Assembly: GCF_001194135.2 (NCBI RefSeq)
Contig: NC_068991.1
Coordinates: 21,044,798 to 21,080,982, forward strand
Direction of reading: 5' to 3'
Length of the DNA stretch: 36,185 nucleotides
Source of the DNA: Octopus bimaculoides
Taxonomy: Eukaryota
Part shown: positions 1 to 12,199 of the stretch, piece by piece
How positions within the stretch are numbered: the stretch's first letter is position 1
Layout: the number at the start of each line of letters is the position of its first letter
Notes under the pieces: model-generated
What the model saw: the letters and a program-made list of their open reading frames with translations, nothing else
The model's database searches: none
Told to the model about the DNA's origin: nothing
Position numbers and translations under genes: made by a program

Positions 1-218
1 ACACACATATATATATATATATGACCTCCCCTGTTCGAAGGTTATAAAGGACACAGGTTTCGTGTGTCACATAGCTAGCTAGAGGCGATGGCTTCTTGGA
101 GCTAATTCACGGCAGCTTTCGTCCTAATTTTGGGACTGCCATGTTGGCTTGGCGATAACTATTAATTTCCAGTACCGCTGCCGTAGTCTCCTTTAGAGAG
201 ACTTAGAAATATTAATAA

Positions 219-254
<36 letters not shown>

Positions 255-408
255 GCATGCACGCACACACACACACACATATGCACACATACACGCACAC
301 ACACACAAACAGAGACAGAGAGACAGACACACATATACATACACGCACATTATTCTCGCAGATCTCAACTGATATTTATCTTGTATTTGTCTCTCTTTAT
401 TGTTGCAG

Positions 409-744
409 TTTTTTAAAGGAATCTCTCCGATGGCTGTTTGCTAATTCGAAAGTAAAAGCAGCTGAGAAGATAGTCAAAAAAGCAGCTAAACAAAACAGAG
501 TTGACTTCGACAAAGTATGGAGAATAACTCTCACGGATTCCTCACGACCAGCAACTGATGGTCACGTGAACGAGACAAGTCTTGAGTGCCGAAATAGTAA
601 GCCACATACTGAAATAGATGGAAAAATTGTTGCTGACCAATCACAAATACAAACGGGAAAAGGAACCTCACACTTTGTGAAATTGCTTGCCATTTTCAAA
701 TCATCCTACCTTAGGAAAATTACCATCATTATATCTATAGAAAT
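409..744 (+). CDS. Gene A exon: post-TM6 ESLRWL motif and large cytoplasmic loop
   Basis: Acceptor tgttgcag|t at 408/409, donor at|gtaagt at 744/745. Reads FLKESLRWLFANSKVKAAEKIVKKAAKQN...FKSSYLRKITIIISIE; 336 nt. Confidence 0.95.
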
Positions 745-1220
745 GTAAGTTTCAACGTATAGTTGTTGATATTGATGTAATAACAACTATAGATCTTTCA
801 GAAGAACGTCAGTTTTGTTGAAGTAGTTTAAATTGTATTCCAGTATTTGAAAACAAACACAATAGCTGCGAATTTACGTGTAGGAGGTTACTCTTTCAAA
901 ACACTGTGTCTTAAAACAGCCGAGAGTCGTGGACAGATGAGATAACTTACCTCAGATCTCATCCAGGAGTGATAGACACCGATGTTTTGTCATTTTTGTG
1001 GCTTATCAACATTATGTACTCGAACCGAATCCAAAGTGAATCACACTGCCAGTCCACGACTTATATGCACCAACGTGCTGGTATGCCCGAGCAATGCATA
1101 CGTTAAAAAGAAATTCAGGCATGAAGCAGAAGCAACGCTAGTGTAATGATATTATCGAACACGTACTTAACATATATGCGTTGTGTTTATTACACCAGCG
1201 CTGCTTCTATTTCATATTTG

Positions 1221-1282
<62 letters not shown>

Positions 1283-1365
1283 TCTATTCTATGTTTCTAT
1301 GTATGTATATATGTAAATATGTATGTATGCATACCCGCGCATGTGTGTATGAATGTGTGCGTGCG

Positions 1366-1428
<63 letters not shown>

Positions 1429-2080
1429 NNNNNNNNNNNNNNNNNNNNNNNNNNNNNNNNNNNNNNNNNNNNNNNNNNNNNNNNNNNNNNNNNNNNNNNN
1501 NNNNNNNNNNNNNNNNNNNNNNNNNNNNNNNNNNNNNNNNNNNNNNNNNNNNNNNNNNNNNNNNNNNNNNNNNNNNNNNNNNNNNNNNNNNNNNNNNNNN
1601 NNNNNNNNNNNNNNNNNNNNNNNNNNNNNNNNNNNNNNNNNNNNNNNNNNNNNNNNNNNNNNNNNNNNNNNNNNNNNNNNNNNNNNNNNNNNNNNNNNNN
1701 NNNNNNNNNNNNNNNNNNNNNNNNNNNNNNNNNNNNNNNNNTCTATCTATCTATCTATTCTATTCTATGTTTCTATGTATGTATATATGTAAATATGTAT
1801 GTATGTCATGTCAGGTCGCTCTCGAGTGCTACTGGTCGCTCTTGATCGTTTACTGGTAACATGTTACCCGTACAACATGTTAGATGGTCGGGTCATCGGT
1901 GACTAAACTGACAATCCCCACTGAGCTTGTTTGGTGAAGAGGGTGATTGCTGGACACCTTGCGGGACGAAAAGTGAGACCCATCAAAGGGCAAAGGAACT
2001 AATGAATAGTCAACAGCCATTCAACAATGTCTATGTACGTATCTGCGTGTTGTTGTACGTTCGTGTGTGTGTGAGTGTGC

Positions 2081-2138
<58 letters not shown>

Positions 2139-5100
2139 ATATGTTGTATATTTTAAAACTTATTTTCATATTTATATTTCTATATTTCTTTTTAAATTTT
2201 CGTTTTATATTTTTATATTCTGTTATATTCCCTTTTAAACGTTTGTATTTATAGTTATATTTTATATTTTTACATATATATCTATATATTTTATATTTAT
2301 ACATACATTTATACATAGGCGCAGGAGTGGCTGTGTGGTAAGTAGCTTGCTTTCCAACCACATGGTTCCGGGTTCAGTCCCACTGCGTGGCACCTTGGGC
2401 AAGTGTCTTCTACTATAGCCTCGGGCCAACCAAAGTCTTGTGAGTGGATTTGGTAGACGGAAACTGAAAGAAGCCCGTCGTAAATATGTTTATATATATA
2501 TGTATGTATGTGTGTTTGTGTGACTGTGTTTGTCCCCCCCCCCACCACCACCACCACCATCGCTTGACAACTGATGCTGGTGTGTTGACGTCCCTGTAAC
2601 TTAGCGGTTCGGCAAAAAGTGACCGATAGAATAAGTACTAGGCTTACAAAGAATAAGTCCTGGGGTCGATTTGCTCGACTAAAGTCGGTGCTCCAGCATG
2701 GCCGCAGTCAAATGGCTGAAACAAGTAAAAGAGTAAAAGAGTAAAATAGATACGTCTTCATGCGATAAACTGACCATGATTGATTATAAATAACCCAACG
2801 GACATTCTAACCTGAAATCTGGTGACGACTGCTTTTGTTGTGCTTATTACCTTGACACTGTGATATTTGTAGTACAAATTGATATATTTTCGTTTTTGTT
2901 TGCGTGTTTGTTTTCACAGTATTGTAAATGTAGCATCATTGAACAGTGTTTTACAAATGTTAGAAGTTCTTACTGGCAGCATATATCTCAACTATTCTGT
3001 GGCGACAGCCGTGGAAATCGGGACTGTCGCTCTTTACGCAGTCATGGCGAAAAGGTAAATTATTTTCCAACATTGTGAGTGAATGGTATTAGAAGAGAGT
3101 GAGGAACCAAAAAAAAAAAAAAAATGCTGGATTAAATAACATGTGATAATATATTTATCTTTTACTTGTTTCTGTCTTTAGACTACAGCCATTCTGAGGC
3201 GTATGAAATACCCTCTTTCTACATTCTGCAATTAAATCTAGGTGGAGCAAACATCAGTATTGAGTAGAATGATTAATTACAGTCGTATAGAACTGCTCAT
3301 TCCAATTGTGTACAACTATATACTTTTGTAATTTGTGTAATTAAATCCGTGCTGAAAATTTCGATATTAGTACGGTTGCAATTTTTGCCTACAGCCAAGT
3401 CACTCTTTTGAAATCGTTAACGCTTTCGCAAAACCTTTCCCTTTTAAATATCAATATGTTCTCTGCTCTCAGCTAAATCCATTTGTTTGAAAAATCTCAC
3501 TGAGGTAGGTCCTTACATTACGATGGTAGTGTGGTGGTGCTCCATCTTGCTAGAAATAAAACTGCACATCTTTAAAGATCCCTTGACTGTTTGGCATGAC
3601 GGGTTGTTGCAGGAAGTTCAAATAAACTGGATCAATCACGGCATCGTCAAGATAATATGCCGTATCATATTGTAACTTCTAGCAAATTAACATGATATTC
3701 TTTCCGAACATGCAATTTTTTCCCGGTAATTGCAATAGTGGCGATTAACCAAGCCACTTAATTAGAATGTAGCCTCATCACTCCAACGAATCTTCGTTGC
3801 AAAGTATGCATGTTCTACACGTTTTGCCAAGTACAACTAACAAACTCCGTATCATACAAAAAATGGACTATATACCTGTTGTAATTTGGTTATCTATAGT
3901 CCGATGATATTTCGGAATTACAGTTCCTTCTTCAGATACTCTTATCTAAGAATATCTGAAGAAGGAATTGTAATTCCGAAATATCATCGGACTATAGATA
4001 ACCAAATTACAACAGGTATATAGTCCATTTTTTGTATTATAGTACATTGTTGTACCATTATAAACTTTTTATTCTTCACAAACAATACCCAATGCTTCAA
4101 GCGAACTACAATACTCTCCAAACTCCGTATCGTTTTAAAAATGAAAACACGGAATAGTTTTTCAATAATAGCGCTCCAAAATGCGACGGACCTTTGGTTT
4201 TGACATTCCTATCTCGCCACTCACTTGCCGCTTAGATTTTCTTGAAACTTAGCAGTATGTTTCTAGTACTCTTCCTACTTTTGTGGCACTCATCGATGTC
4301 TGTAGTCTCCCAGAACTTTTCTTGCGGACATTCAGAACAGTTCCATTCGCCTCAAGTCTATCTCTAATTTGATTGATGGTAAGTCACGTAGGTGGATCTA
4401 TTTGAAGCTCCCCACTAAATTGTCTTTGTAGTTCGACTGTTTGCAAACTCCCAGGAGCAATTTAGGAGAAATTTCTTTCTTCCAAAGCTTAGATTCCCCC
4501 CCACCACCACTTACTTCCTTATCTCGAATAGGTTGAATCTAAAAACAGATTTAAAATGAGTTATCTAAAGGAGCAGGCGTGGCTGGGTGGTAAAATCTTG
4601 CTCCCCAACCACATGGATCCAGGTTCAGTCTCACTGCATGGCACCTCGAGCAGGTGTCCTCTACCATGGCTTTGTGAATAGATTTGGTAGACAGAAACGG
4701 AAATAACCCCTCGTATTAATATGTGTGTGTGTGTGTGTGTTTGTGTGTTTGTAAGTGTGTGTATGTATATATTTATGTATGTGTCTTCGTGTCTGTTTTT
4801 TCCCTAGCGGTTCGGCAAAAGATGCCAATAGAATAAGTATTAGGCTTCCAGCAGTTCTAGGGTCGCTTTGTCTGACTAAAATTCTTGAAGCCCCAGCATG
4901 GCCGCAGTCAAATGACTGAAACAAGTAAAATTAAAAAGATAAAAAGAAAAAAACTTTTAAATTATGTATGCATTTTGTTGGGGGTATCCTCTCAATGTAC
5001 ACATGTATGTAAATGCCACAATGATTTCACTTTCTTAGGTTCGGTCATAAAATAGCCTTACAATTTTGGAAGACATTTGCTGCGGTGTGTATTATGTCTA

Positions 5101-8100
5101 CATCTCTTACAAAGATCTTTGCAGGTAATACTCAGAATGTGTATTCTATATTTCTTTTATAGATTTTCTCATCTGATTCCGTTGCTTCTTCTTTTATTTC
5201 TCCTTGATTTCTGTGGTCGGCTTTAATGGTAATCAAACTATTACCGATATTAATATACAGAAACGTTAGCGCATCAGATACAATGCCATGCGGTAATTGT
5301 TTCGAATTTATGCGCTTTACGTTTGAATCTTGGTGAGGACAAACTTTGCTTTTCGTCCTTTTGCTGTCGGTGAATAAAGTACCAAAGAAGGGTTTGGGAG
5401 TAGCGAAGCTATAAGGAGAAACCGGATGCCTGCGATATTCGTTCTGGGGCTTTAAGCTCTGATTTCAAGTGCCCCCATTACCTACTTGCAAGGTAGAGCG
5501 TAATTGGTCACTGGGTTTAACACTACAACCTAGCGTTTGGGTATCTTCAGCAGAGTGAACTCCATTTTGAAGAAATCTACCTCCTTCTTTTCTACCAGCC
5601 CCGGAGGCCGCATAGAAAGGTAGTTCGTGGGCATTACTTTCTTTCCTCACTAAGCAAAGAACTAGGTCGTCACTCTGACGTTGACTTCACACCCTGTGAT
5701 CTCAAGCATTGAAACAAACTGTGAACACATGAAGATATTATTTCTCTCATATTGACATTTTAAGATAATCATTGTTGTTCATGAATGACTGAATGTCTAC
5801 TTCCCTGGGAGATTAATGGGTCGTCGTGTTCCGCCTGAGTGGCCAGCTAAGAGCCTCGACATAACACCCTGTGGCTTCTTTCTTTGGGGTTGGTTAAAGG
5901 AACAAGCCTTCTATACCAAACCAAAGTCTTTGGAAGAACTTGTAGCACAAATACCAGAAATTATGTCTTCTTCCATTCCACAAGAGTTTCTGGTGAAATC
6001 AATTGATACAATTCCTGGGCGTCTCAAGAAGCTTGTGGCAGCACCTGGAGCCCGTATCGAATTTTAAATATAACCTCATGCTAAAAGCTTTCCTCTCATA
6101 TCCATTTTTTATAAAAATTACAAATAATAAATACTCTTTTACTTGTTTCAGTCATTTGACTGTGGCCATGCTGGAGCACCGCCTTTAGTCGAGCAAATCG
6201 ACCCCAGGACTTATTCTTTGGAAGCCTAGTACTTATTCTATCGGTCTCATTTGCCGAACCGCTAAGTTACGGGGACGTAAACACACCAGCATCGGTTGTT
6301 AAGCGATGTTGGGGGGACAAACACAGACACACAAACATATACACACACATACATATACACACACATACATATATACGACGGGCTTCTTTCAGTTTTCTTT
6401 CTACCAAATCCACTCACAAGGCTTTGATCGGCCCGAGGCTATAGTAGAAGACACTTGCCCAAGGTGCCACGCAGTGGGACTGAACCCGGAACCATGTGGT
6501 TGGTAAGCGAGCTACTTGCCACACAGCCACTCCTACGCCTATATAATCTATAAATATTTTAAAACAGGGATTTACTTTTTTCAGTCACCCTGTAGATCAT
6601 TTCCTTATGTTGTGTGTTTTGCCATTCTTAATTCCGAAGTCATTAAAATGAACATTTAAGTAGCAAGACTTCAGTAATTGATAAAACTCTCTCCAAGACT
6701 ATGTGACATCGTGCAAGCTGACAGTAAAGTTAGTACGCCACGCAGGACAAAATTGCATAGCAGCATTTCTTCTGGCTCTTTACATTCCGATTTCAAATGC
6801 CAATGAGCTCGACATTACTTCCCTTCCGTTCGGAGTCGATAAAATAAACACCAGTCGAACACTTGGAGCGATGTATTCGACTCCTACCCACACATATACT
6901 ATAAAAAATCAAAACTTATGCTTGTAATAGAAAGAATTGAGCAGGTAGAATCGTAAGCAATCCGGACAGAATGTTTTGCGGTATTTCGTCTGCCTGTACG
7001 TTCTGAGTTCAAATTCCCCGATCTCGACTTAGCTTTTTATCGTTTTGGGGTCGATACAATAAGTACCAGTCGAGCATTGGGGTCGGTGTAATCGACCCCA
7101 ATGTTCGACTAAAACATTTCAGGCCTTGTGCGTATAGTAAAAAGGATTATATTATTATTGTGGTGTGTTAATTCCCCCCTCCCAATCTTTTCATAAATAC
7201 TAACATACATTTCTACTTCAATGGATCTTGTCTTACAGAAAAGGATAATACAACCGAATACATCATCCTTGTGCTTTACATTTTGGCATTTGCTGGACTG
7301 GTTGCTTGTGCCAGCGGTGATACCATCTACATCTCAGAACTCTATCCTACACAAATACGGTACAGTTTCGCTGCCAATAATTGTTTCTGACAATAAAATG
7401 TCTAACTTCTCTTTGTGGAGGCGCGTGGCTTAGTGATTAGGGTGTCAGCACTATGATCGTAAGATTGTGGTTTCGATTCCTGGACTAGGCGACGCGTTGT
7501 ATTCTTGAGCAAAACACTACATTTCACGTTGCTCCAGTTCATTCAGCTGGCTTAAATGAGTAACTCTGCGATGGACTGGCGTCCCATCCAGCTGGGCAAC
7601 ACATACGCCATTGAAACCGAGAAACCAGGTCCATGATGCTGGTTAGGCTTTAAAAGGGCGCATTTAAAACAAAAGTTCCCTTTTAGTAGGTTTGAAGTAT
7701 ATGGGAACATAAATATCAAATTCTACAAAGAAATAAAATGGAATAAAAAATTCAAAGTCGTCTTGGAAATGAATAATATATTCTGTAAATTAATTTCTAG
7801 TTCGAAGTTTTTTTTTCCATTTTTTCTACAATGTGATATGATCCGAGACTGTATGTTGAAAGTGAAGTAACTACAATGTAGAGGAGCCTTTCAGTAAGAT
7901 ATAAATGTTAAATTTANNNNNNNNNNNNNNNNNNNNNNNNNNNNNNNNNNNNNNNNNNNNNNNNNNNNNNNNNNNNNNNNNNNNNNNNNNNNNNNNNNNN
8001 NNNNNNNNNNNNNNNNNNNNNNNNNNNNNNNNNNNNNNNNNNNNNNNNNNNNNNNNNNNNNNNNNNNNNNNNNNNNNNNNNNNNNNNNNNNNNNNNNNNN

Positions 8101-8407
8101 NNNNNNNNNNNNNNNNNNNNNNNNNNNNNNNNNNNNNNNNNNNNNNNNNNNNNNNNNNNNNNNNNNNNNNNNNNNNNNNNNNNNNNNNNNNNNNNNNNNN
8201 NNNNNNNNNNNNNNNNNNNNNNNNNNNNNNNNNNNNNNNNNNNNNNNNNNNNNNNNNNNNNNNNNNNNNNNNNNNNNNNNNNNNNNNNNNNNNNNNNNNN
8301 NNNNNNNNNNNNNNNNNNNNNNNNNNNNNNNNNNNNNNNNNNNNNNNNNNNNNNNNNNNNNNNNNNNNNNNNNNNNNNNNNNNNNNNNNNNNNNNNNNNN
8401 NNNNNNN

Positions 8408-8459
<52 letters not shown>

Positions 8460-10293
8460 AGCAATGCAATTATAGCTGTTTGAACACAAACTAAACAAAG
8501 GATACATTATTTGGCGAAATTCTGGTTTAGGCACCCCATGTAACGCCTCATAGCTTTTTTATTTTTTAAAAGTTTCAAAGAAGTTTTGCGTGTTTGTGTT
8601 CTACGCACGGAAATTCATACGATTACGAAAAGGATTTTTCAAAAACTTTTTAACCCCTTTCTCATAAATCTTAAAATTTCCACTCTTTTTGATTTTGTTT
8701 CTAAAATCGGAGTTTGAAATACGGACAGTCTGGATTTTTTGCTTGAATCCCAGCAAAGGACCACTTTTCGGTGCACCATCATTCCATTAAATGCGTTTAT
8801 AGGGAGTATCGAAAAATATATATACATGTCAGAGTGACAACGAAACAAAGAAGGTATCAGGTGGTCGTGGGATGTGCTAAAAATAGCTAAATCTCTTTTA
8901 AATCACACCCAAATATATTTTATATCCTTATGAATTCCCATGTGTAGAACACAAATTCGCAAAAGTCATCTGAAAAAGTTATGAGGGCTTATATGGGGGT
9001 GTTTAAACCAGAATTACGCCCATTATTTTCTTAAGAATCTAACCTGTTGTTCCACCTTTTTTAACCTTCTCAAGTGTGTGGCATAATTATTGAATTATAT
9101 ATTCTTACTAACCATTGTTTTTAATTGTAAATCTTTTTCTGATTGTAGAAGTGTTGGAAGTGGTTTTGCTACGACTTCCATGCGGATTGTATGCTTGGCA
9201 ACACCGTTCCTCAAACTCTTGGTAAGGAAATCTTCAGTTTGTTGAATCTAACCGTCACCAAAATGTTCAACGGCATCGACTTAATTATTAATATCTTTAA
9301 CATGGACTTCATTATGCATCACATATAACTAATCACGTTTGTGAAATAACTCTAACACCCATCTCTCACACTCTCTTACTGTCCGCGTATCTATTGGATA
9401 TATGCGTAATTGCTATAGAAAGTACTTATATGTCATGTATTGCATTCATTTTGTCTTGTTTTTTTTTTTTATAATTTACATGTATTACAGAAAAGAGATT
9501 TTCCACTGTTTATTAGAAGTTTCTTTGCTCCACAAACATTTTCTATTCAATTCATTTTCTATTCATTTCTCCTTTTCTCTCCAACATTGAACATACATTC
9601 CCTTGCCGACAGCAATTTCATTCTTTAAACATTTTCCTTGTCTAGAGCAGTCATCTCTTTCTCTCCCTTTCTCCCCACTTCTGTCTCTCTTTTCTTTAGT
9701 GAGATTCATTTTTTATATTCGTAACAGTCCTTCTCTTACTAAAGCAGTTTTATCTTTCCAACCTAACGTTTCACCTATTTTACTCTCTTTACCTTTCTCT
9801 CTTTTTCTCTTTCTCTCTTTCTCCCTCTTTCTCCCCTTCTCTCACTCTCTATCACCTCTTTACGTTTGTCCGTTACTCTATTAATATCTACACGATGTAT
9901 AACGAATCTGTCAGAAAAAAAAGTTGTTTCCTTCAATTCTCTTCATAATGAAACAAACCAACGGCATCAATTGGTTTACATAGCTTATACTTTACTATTA
10001 AACCTGCTATTTTCATTGGTTGTCATCATAATTTCTTGATTGTTGTTTTCATCAAATGATAGAATATATTTTATATAACTGCACTAATATAGTTAGGTTT
10101 TTATCTCTAGGCTGTGGTTGCCCCTTGGGCTCCTGGGATTATCATTGGAACCGGATGTATAATTTCTTCCATTTTACTTCAAGTATTTTTACCGGAAACT
10201 GGAAACCGAGTTTTACCACAAACGATCGAAGATGTAAATATGATGGAGAAGAAAAATAAAAAAAATAAAATAGAAATTCAAACTATAACGTAA
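409..10293 (+). CDS. Gene A: SLC22-family (OCT/OAT/OCTN-like) MFS transporter, 3' part: join(409..744,2920..3054,5039..5124,7239..7359,9149..9221,10111..10293); 5' exons upstream of the window
   Basis: Six exons with canonical AG/GT ends join in one frame without stops (phases 2,2,1,2,0). The product has SLC22 motifs ESLRWL, YLN..VE, RFG, ELYPTQIR and LPET...LPQTIED, and ends at TAA 10291-10293. No specific orthologue is recognisable. Confidence 0.93.
2318..2746 (+). mobile_element. tRNA-derived SINE, family A (full length, internal TA/TG microsatellite, GTAAAAGA-repeat tail)
   Basis: A-box-like tggctgtgtggta and B-box-like ggttcagtccc. CORE-like accttgggcaagtg..agcctc segment. Highly similar to the inverted copy at 6133-6539 and the diverged copy at 4570-4946. 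Confidence 0.88.
2920..3054 (+). CDS. Gene A exon: TM7-TM8
   Basis: ttttcacag|t ... ag|gtaaat; 135 nt. Reads (I)IVNVASLNSVLQMLEVLTGSIYLNYSVATAVEIGTVALYAVMAK(R). Same length and phase as paralogous exon 20643-20777. Confidence 0.93.
3158..3200 (-). mobile_element. SINE family A 3'-end fragment
   Basis: tcttttacttgtttc..gtc..tagact..agccat matches the reverse complement of the family A tail. Confidence 0.55.
3480..4500 (-). mobile_element. Decayed mariner-superfamily (rosa/maT-like) transposase remnant, interrupted by the 3854-4118 insertion
   Basis: Minus-strand pieces with stops and frameshifts: QRQF..DPPT*LTINQIRDRLEANGTV..SSGR..SRKSKRQVSGEIGMSKPKVRRIL (HTH region), KIRWSDEATF*LSGLVNRH, and YF*QDGAPPHYHRNVRTYL. 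C-terminal catalytic region lost; TIRs not identified. Confidence 0.75.
3854..4037. repeat. 184-bp near-perfect inverted repeat (hairpin)
   Basis: Arm 3854-3938 is the reverse complement of 3953-4037 with one G/T mismatch. The inner 14 nt also pair partly. Confidence 0.95.
4570..4946 (+). mobile_element. SINE family A, older diverged copy
   Basis: Same head (ggcgtggctgggtggtaa..ggttcagtctc), internal TG microsatellite and tail (ccagcatggccgcagtcaaatgactgaaacaagtaaaa) as 2318-2746, with deletions. Confidence 0.85.
5039..5124 (+). CDS. Gene A exon: loop 8-9 and TM9
   Basis: tttcttag|g ... g|gtaata; 86 nt. Reads (R)FGHKIALQFWKTFAAVCIMSTSLTKIFA. Paralogue 17148-17233 is also 86 nt. Confidence 0.92.
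5795..6592 (+). mobile_element. 3' half of a rosa/maT-like mariner element (C-terminal transposase and right TIR), with a SINE A nested at 6133-6539
   Basis: YFPGRLMGRRVPPEWPAKSLDITPCGFFLWGWLKEQAFYTKPKSLEEL...RIEF* resembles the WPPRSPDLTPCDFFLWG motif. Ends in ...tcagtcaccctg|ta (reverse complement of TA|CAGGGTG) at 6592-6594. Left TIR not found. Confidence 0.75.
6133..6539 (-). mobile_element. SINE family A (full length, inverted)
   Basis: Reverse complement closely matches 2318-2746 from head to tail. Confidence 0.9.
6811..6890 (+). mobile_element. SINE family B core fragment
   Basis: ccttccgttcggagtcgataaaataaacaccagtcgaacacttggagcgatgtattcgact is a diverged match to the family B core. 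Confidence 0.5.
6939..7159 (+). mobile_element. tRNA-derived SINE, family B
   Basis: gagcaggtagaatcg..cggtatttcgtc..ctgagttcaaatt..ggggtcgata..aataagtaccag..ggggtcg..taatcgac, with an (ATT)-rich tail. Homologous to 20173-20404 and 23059-23268. Confidence 0.85.
7239..7359 (+). CDS. Gene A exon: TM10 and ELYPT motif
   Basis: tcttacag|aa ... cg|gtacag; 121 nt. Reads (E)KDNTTEYIILVLYILAFAGLVACASGDTIYISELYPTQI(R). Confidence 0.94.
7417..7666 (+). mobile_element. tRNA-derived SINE, family C (V-SINE-like core), 57 nt downstream of a splice donor
   Basis: A box tggcttagtgattagg, B box ggtttcgattcc. ctgcgatggactggcgtcccatccag resembles the V-domain (from memory, needs a check). Confidence 0.8.
8512..9021. 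mobile_element. MITE-like non-autonomous DNA transposon with ~110-bp imperfect TIRs
   Basis: 8512-8625 (ggcgaaattctggttta..caccccat..cctcata..ttttgcg..tttgtgttctac..aattcata) matches the reverse complement of about 8925-9021. Flanked by direct attatt at 8506-8511 and 9022-9027. Confidence 0.72.
9149..9221 (+). CDS. Gene A exon: TM11
   Basis: gattgtag|a ... ttg|gtaagg; 73 nt. Reads (R)SVGSGFATTSMRIVCLATPFLKLL. Confidence 0.94.
10111..10293 (+). CDS. Gene A terminal coding exon: TM12, LPET motif, C-tail
   Basis: tatctctag|gct. Reads AVVAPWAPGIIIGTGCIISSILLQVFLPETGNRVLPQTIEDVNMMEKKNKKNKIEIQTIT*; 183 nt. Confidence 0.95.
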   Translation, partial: AVVAPWAPGIIIGTGCIISSILLQVFLPETGNRVLPQTIEDVNMMEKKNKKNKIEIQTIT

Positions 10294-10815
10294 AAACCAT
10301 AAGATGACCTCTATACAATTTGTCATGGTCTTAGTCAGCAAGATAAAATTCAAAAGATATCAAGGGTATGTTGAGATGACGCAGATGAAATATTTATACC
10401 TTATATTTAAGGTTGCCACAAAATCCCTGGTTATTATTAGTCAGTAAAGAGCTATCTATGAACTATTCTCTTTTATATAATTTAATACATAAAGCAATTT
10501 ATCGTTTTATTTTATCCTTAAAACTACTTCATCACTTTGTCGCCTAAGCGTACTTAAAATGCCTTAAAACTCATTGTGATGGAGTGGTTCCTAAACTTCA
10601 GACTAATAAATCAAATCAAGTACGACTACTGAATAGTGTGTTTCTATTTTCAAGCACAAAGACACACGCACAAACACAGACAGACAGACAGACACAGACA
10701 GACACAGACAGACAGACAGACAGACACACACACACACACACACACATACACACACACACTCGTGTATGTAAGTATAAATATGTATATACATATATACACA
10801 CATATATATATGTAA

Positions 10816-10851
<36 letters not shown>

Positions 10852-11087
10852 NNNNNNNNNNNNNNNNNNNNNNNNNNNNNNNNNNNNNNNNNNNNNNNNN
10901 NNNNNNNNNNNNNNNNNNNNNNNNNNNNNNNNNNNNATATATAAGTTAAAAAAACACACAAAAAACAATAACAAAAAAACAACAAGGTGAGGACGTGATA
11001 CGGATAGTGTTATATATATATGTGTTATATATATATGTATATATATATATATATATACGTATATATATACATATAGATATATAGATA

Positions 11088-11134
<47 letters not shown>

Positions 11135-12156
11135 ATATGTGTATGTATATATATCTGTATGTTTGTATATGTATATATATATGTGTATTTGTATGTGTGT
11201 ATATATATGTATATATATTATTTAGTAAATTGGTTAGAATCATGTATTTATTAGCAATATTTTATTAAGTAATATATTAATCTAAAAGTCTATTTTGAGT
11301 AAATTATCTTATAATAACGTTTAATTAAATTCCATTATATTATATTATAATTCTATATTAGCTATAATCATTTAAAATAGTTAGTCGGTTTTAAATTTGT
11401 AAAAATTATAATTATACTTATAAATTTATCTTTTAATTTTATTTTATAGGTGTATTTATTTTTATATATATTTATCTGAATATATATGCCAATACACACA
11501 AACACACACACACACACACACACACACTCGTGTATGTAAGTATAAATATGTATATACATATATATATATATAAANNNNNNNNNNNNNNNNNNNNNNNNNN
11601 NNNNNNNNNNNNNNNNNNNNNNNNNNNNNNNNNNNNNNNNNNNNNNNNNNNNNNNNNNNNNNNNNNNNNNNNNNNNNNNNNNNNNNNNNNNNNNNNNNNN
11701 NNNNNNNNNNNNNNNNNNNNNNNNNNNNNNNNNNNNNNNNNNNNNNNNNNNNNNNNNNNNNNNNNNNNNNNNNNNNNNNNNNNNNNNNNNNNNNNNNNNN
11801 NNNNNNNNNNNNNNNNNNNNNNNNNNNNNNNNNNNNNNNNNNNNNNNNNNNNNNNNNNNNNNNNNNNNNNNNNNNNNNNNNNNNNNNNNNNNNNNNNNNN
11901 NNNNNNNNNNNNNNNNNNNNNNNNNNNNNNNNNNNNNNNNNNNNNNNNNNNNNNNNNNNNNNNNNNNNNNNNNNNNNNNNNNNNNNNNNNNNNNNNNNNN
12001 NNNNNNNNNNNNNNNNNNNNNNNNNNNNNNNNNNNNNNNNNNNNNNNNNNNNNNNNNNNNNNNNNNNNNNNNNNNNNNNNNNNNNNNNNNNNNNNNNNNN
12101 NNNNNNNNNNNNNNNNNNNNNNNNNNNNNNNNNNNNNNNNNNNNNNNNNNNNNNNN

Positions 12157-12199
<43 letters not shown>

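Noticed and set aside
1245-1806. Same ~65-bp sequence on both sides of the 1429-1741 gap
   Set aside because: Typical unmerged contig overlap or allelic redundancy at a microsatellite; treated as an assembly artefact.
10605-10610. AATAAA about 310 nt after the gene A stop as the polyadenylation signal
   Set aside because: Plausible, but the hexamer is common in such AT-rich DNA; needs 3'-end data.
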